From: Octopus sinensis
Taxonomy: Eukaryota
Direction of reading: 5' to 3'
Assembly: GCF_006345805.1 (NCBI RefSeq)
Contig: NW_021828562.1
Location: 1-8,026, forward strand
DNA length: 8,026 bases
Part shown: piece after piece, positions 6,771-8,026 of the stretch
Position numbering within the stretch: position 1 is the stretch's first letter
How the letters are laid out: every line of letters begins with the position of its first letter
Position numbers and translations under genes: made by a program
The notes under the pieces: model-generated
Database searches by the model: none
What the model was told of the DNA's origin: nothing
The model's input: the letters and a program-made list of their open reading frames with translations, nothing else

Positions 6771-8026
6771 GTGGTCGTAGTGCTGGCGATGGTGGCGGTG
6801 GTGGTGGTGGTGGTGGTGGTGGCGGTGGGGCAGGAGGATGCTGGTGGTTGTAGTGTTGGTCTTGATGACAGCAATAGTAGCTGTAGCGGTTTTGGTGGTG
6901 GTGGTGGTGGTAGTGATGGTGGTTTTGGTGGTGGTAGTGGTGGTGGTAGTTTTGGTGTTGGTGGTGTTGGTGGTGGTTGTGGTGGTGGTGGTAGTGGTTG
7001 TGGTGGTAGTGGTGTTGTTGTTGTGGTGGTGGTGGTGGTGGTGATAGTGGTGGTGGTTTTGGTGATGGTGGTGGTAGTTTTGGTGGTGGTGGTGGTGGTC
7101 GTAGTTTTGGTGTTGGTGGTAGTTTTGGTATTGGTAGTGGTGGTAGTTTTGGTGTTGGTGGTAGTTTTGGTATTGGTGTTGGTGGTAGTTTTGGTGTTGG
7201 TGGTAGTTTTGGTGTTGGTGGTAGTTTTGGTATTGGTAGTGGTGGTAGTTTTGGTGTTGGTGGTAGTTTTGGTATTGGTGTTGGTGGTAGTTTTGGTGTT
7301 GGTGGTAGTTTTGGTGTTGGTGGTAGTTTTGGTATTGGTGTTGGTGGTGGTGGTTGTGGTGGTAGTTTTGGTGTTGGTGGTAATTTTGGTGTTGGTGGTA
7401 GTTTTGGTAGTGGTGGTGGTGGTAGTTTTGGTGTTGGTGGTAGTTTTGGTGTTGGTGGTAGTTTTGGTGTTGGTGGTAGTTTTGGTGTTGGTGTAGTTTT
7501 GGTATTGGTAGTGGTGGTAGTTTTGTTGTGTTGGAGTTTTGGTATTGGTGTTGGTGGTGGTTGTGGTGGTAGTTTTGGTGTTGGTGGTAGTTTTGGTGTT
7601 GGTGGTAGTTTTGGTAGTGGTGTTGGTGGTAGTTTTGGTGTTGGTGGTAGTTTTGGTGTTGGTGGTAGTTTTGGTGTTGGTGGTAGTTTTGGTGTTGGTG
7701 GTAGTTTTGGTATTGGTAGTGGTGGTAGTTTTGGTGTTGGTGGTAGTTTTGGTATTGGTGTTGGTGGTGGTGGTTGTGGTGGTAGTTTTGGTGTTGGTGG
7801 TAATTTTGGTGTTGGTGGTAGTTTTGGTAGTGGTGGTGGTGGTAGTTTTGGTGTTGGTGGTAGTTTTGGTGTTGGTGGTAGTTTTGGTGTTGGTGGTAGT
7901 TTTGGTTTTGGTGAGTTTTGGTATTGGTAGTGGTGGTAGTTTTGGTGTTGGTGGTAGTGTTGGGATTGGTGTGGGGTGGTGGTGGTGTGTGTGGTAGTTT
8001 TGGTGTTGGTGGTAGTTTTGGTGTTT
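6771..8026. repeat. G/T-rich low-complexity tract grading into an 18-bp minisatellite GGTGGTAGTTTTGGTGTT (from ~7070, running off the window end)
   Basis: Dozens of copies of the 18-mer with ATT/AGT/TGT variants; a higher-order block carrying the rare AAT variant recurs 420 bp apart (7381 and 7801). Confidence 0.9.

Noticed and set aside
6771-7496. 241-aa ORF with a hydrophobic N-terminus resembling a signal peptide
   Set aside because: The poly-Val segments are the GTG frame of GGT repeats; the hydrophobicity is compositional.
7070-8026. T/G-rich repeat as a possible telomeric repeat
   Set aside because: Does not match TTAGGG, and the unit is heterogeneous.

Overview
An AT-rich, repeat-dominated eukaryotic window, probably intronic or intergenic. 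The SINE families resemble those I recall from Octopus/coleoid cephalopod genomes (recollection, not a database result). No protein-coding gene can be supported; most listed ORFs are translations of (TA)n/(CA)n/(GGT)n simple repeats. Contents: three tRNA-headed SINE families (one as a 4-unit tandem array inside a single 19-bp target-site duplication), a ~500-bp non-autonomous Helitron with an internal ~100-bp tandem repeat, a diverged local duplication interrupted by a SINE, and a G/T-rich 18-bp minisatellite. The most notable signal is three short (~180-195 bp) elements, each embedded in (TA)n, that each carry a minus-strand type I hammerhead ribozyme motif (1196-1246, 1880-1914, 4633-4670), typical of Penelope-like pseudo-LTRs or retrozymes. 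Two are related minimal hammerheads with covarying stems and the same palindromic helix III; one has an A6U core variant. The third lies inside a 45-bp inverted repeat that would sequester half of the ribozyme.
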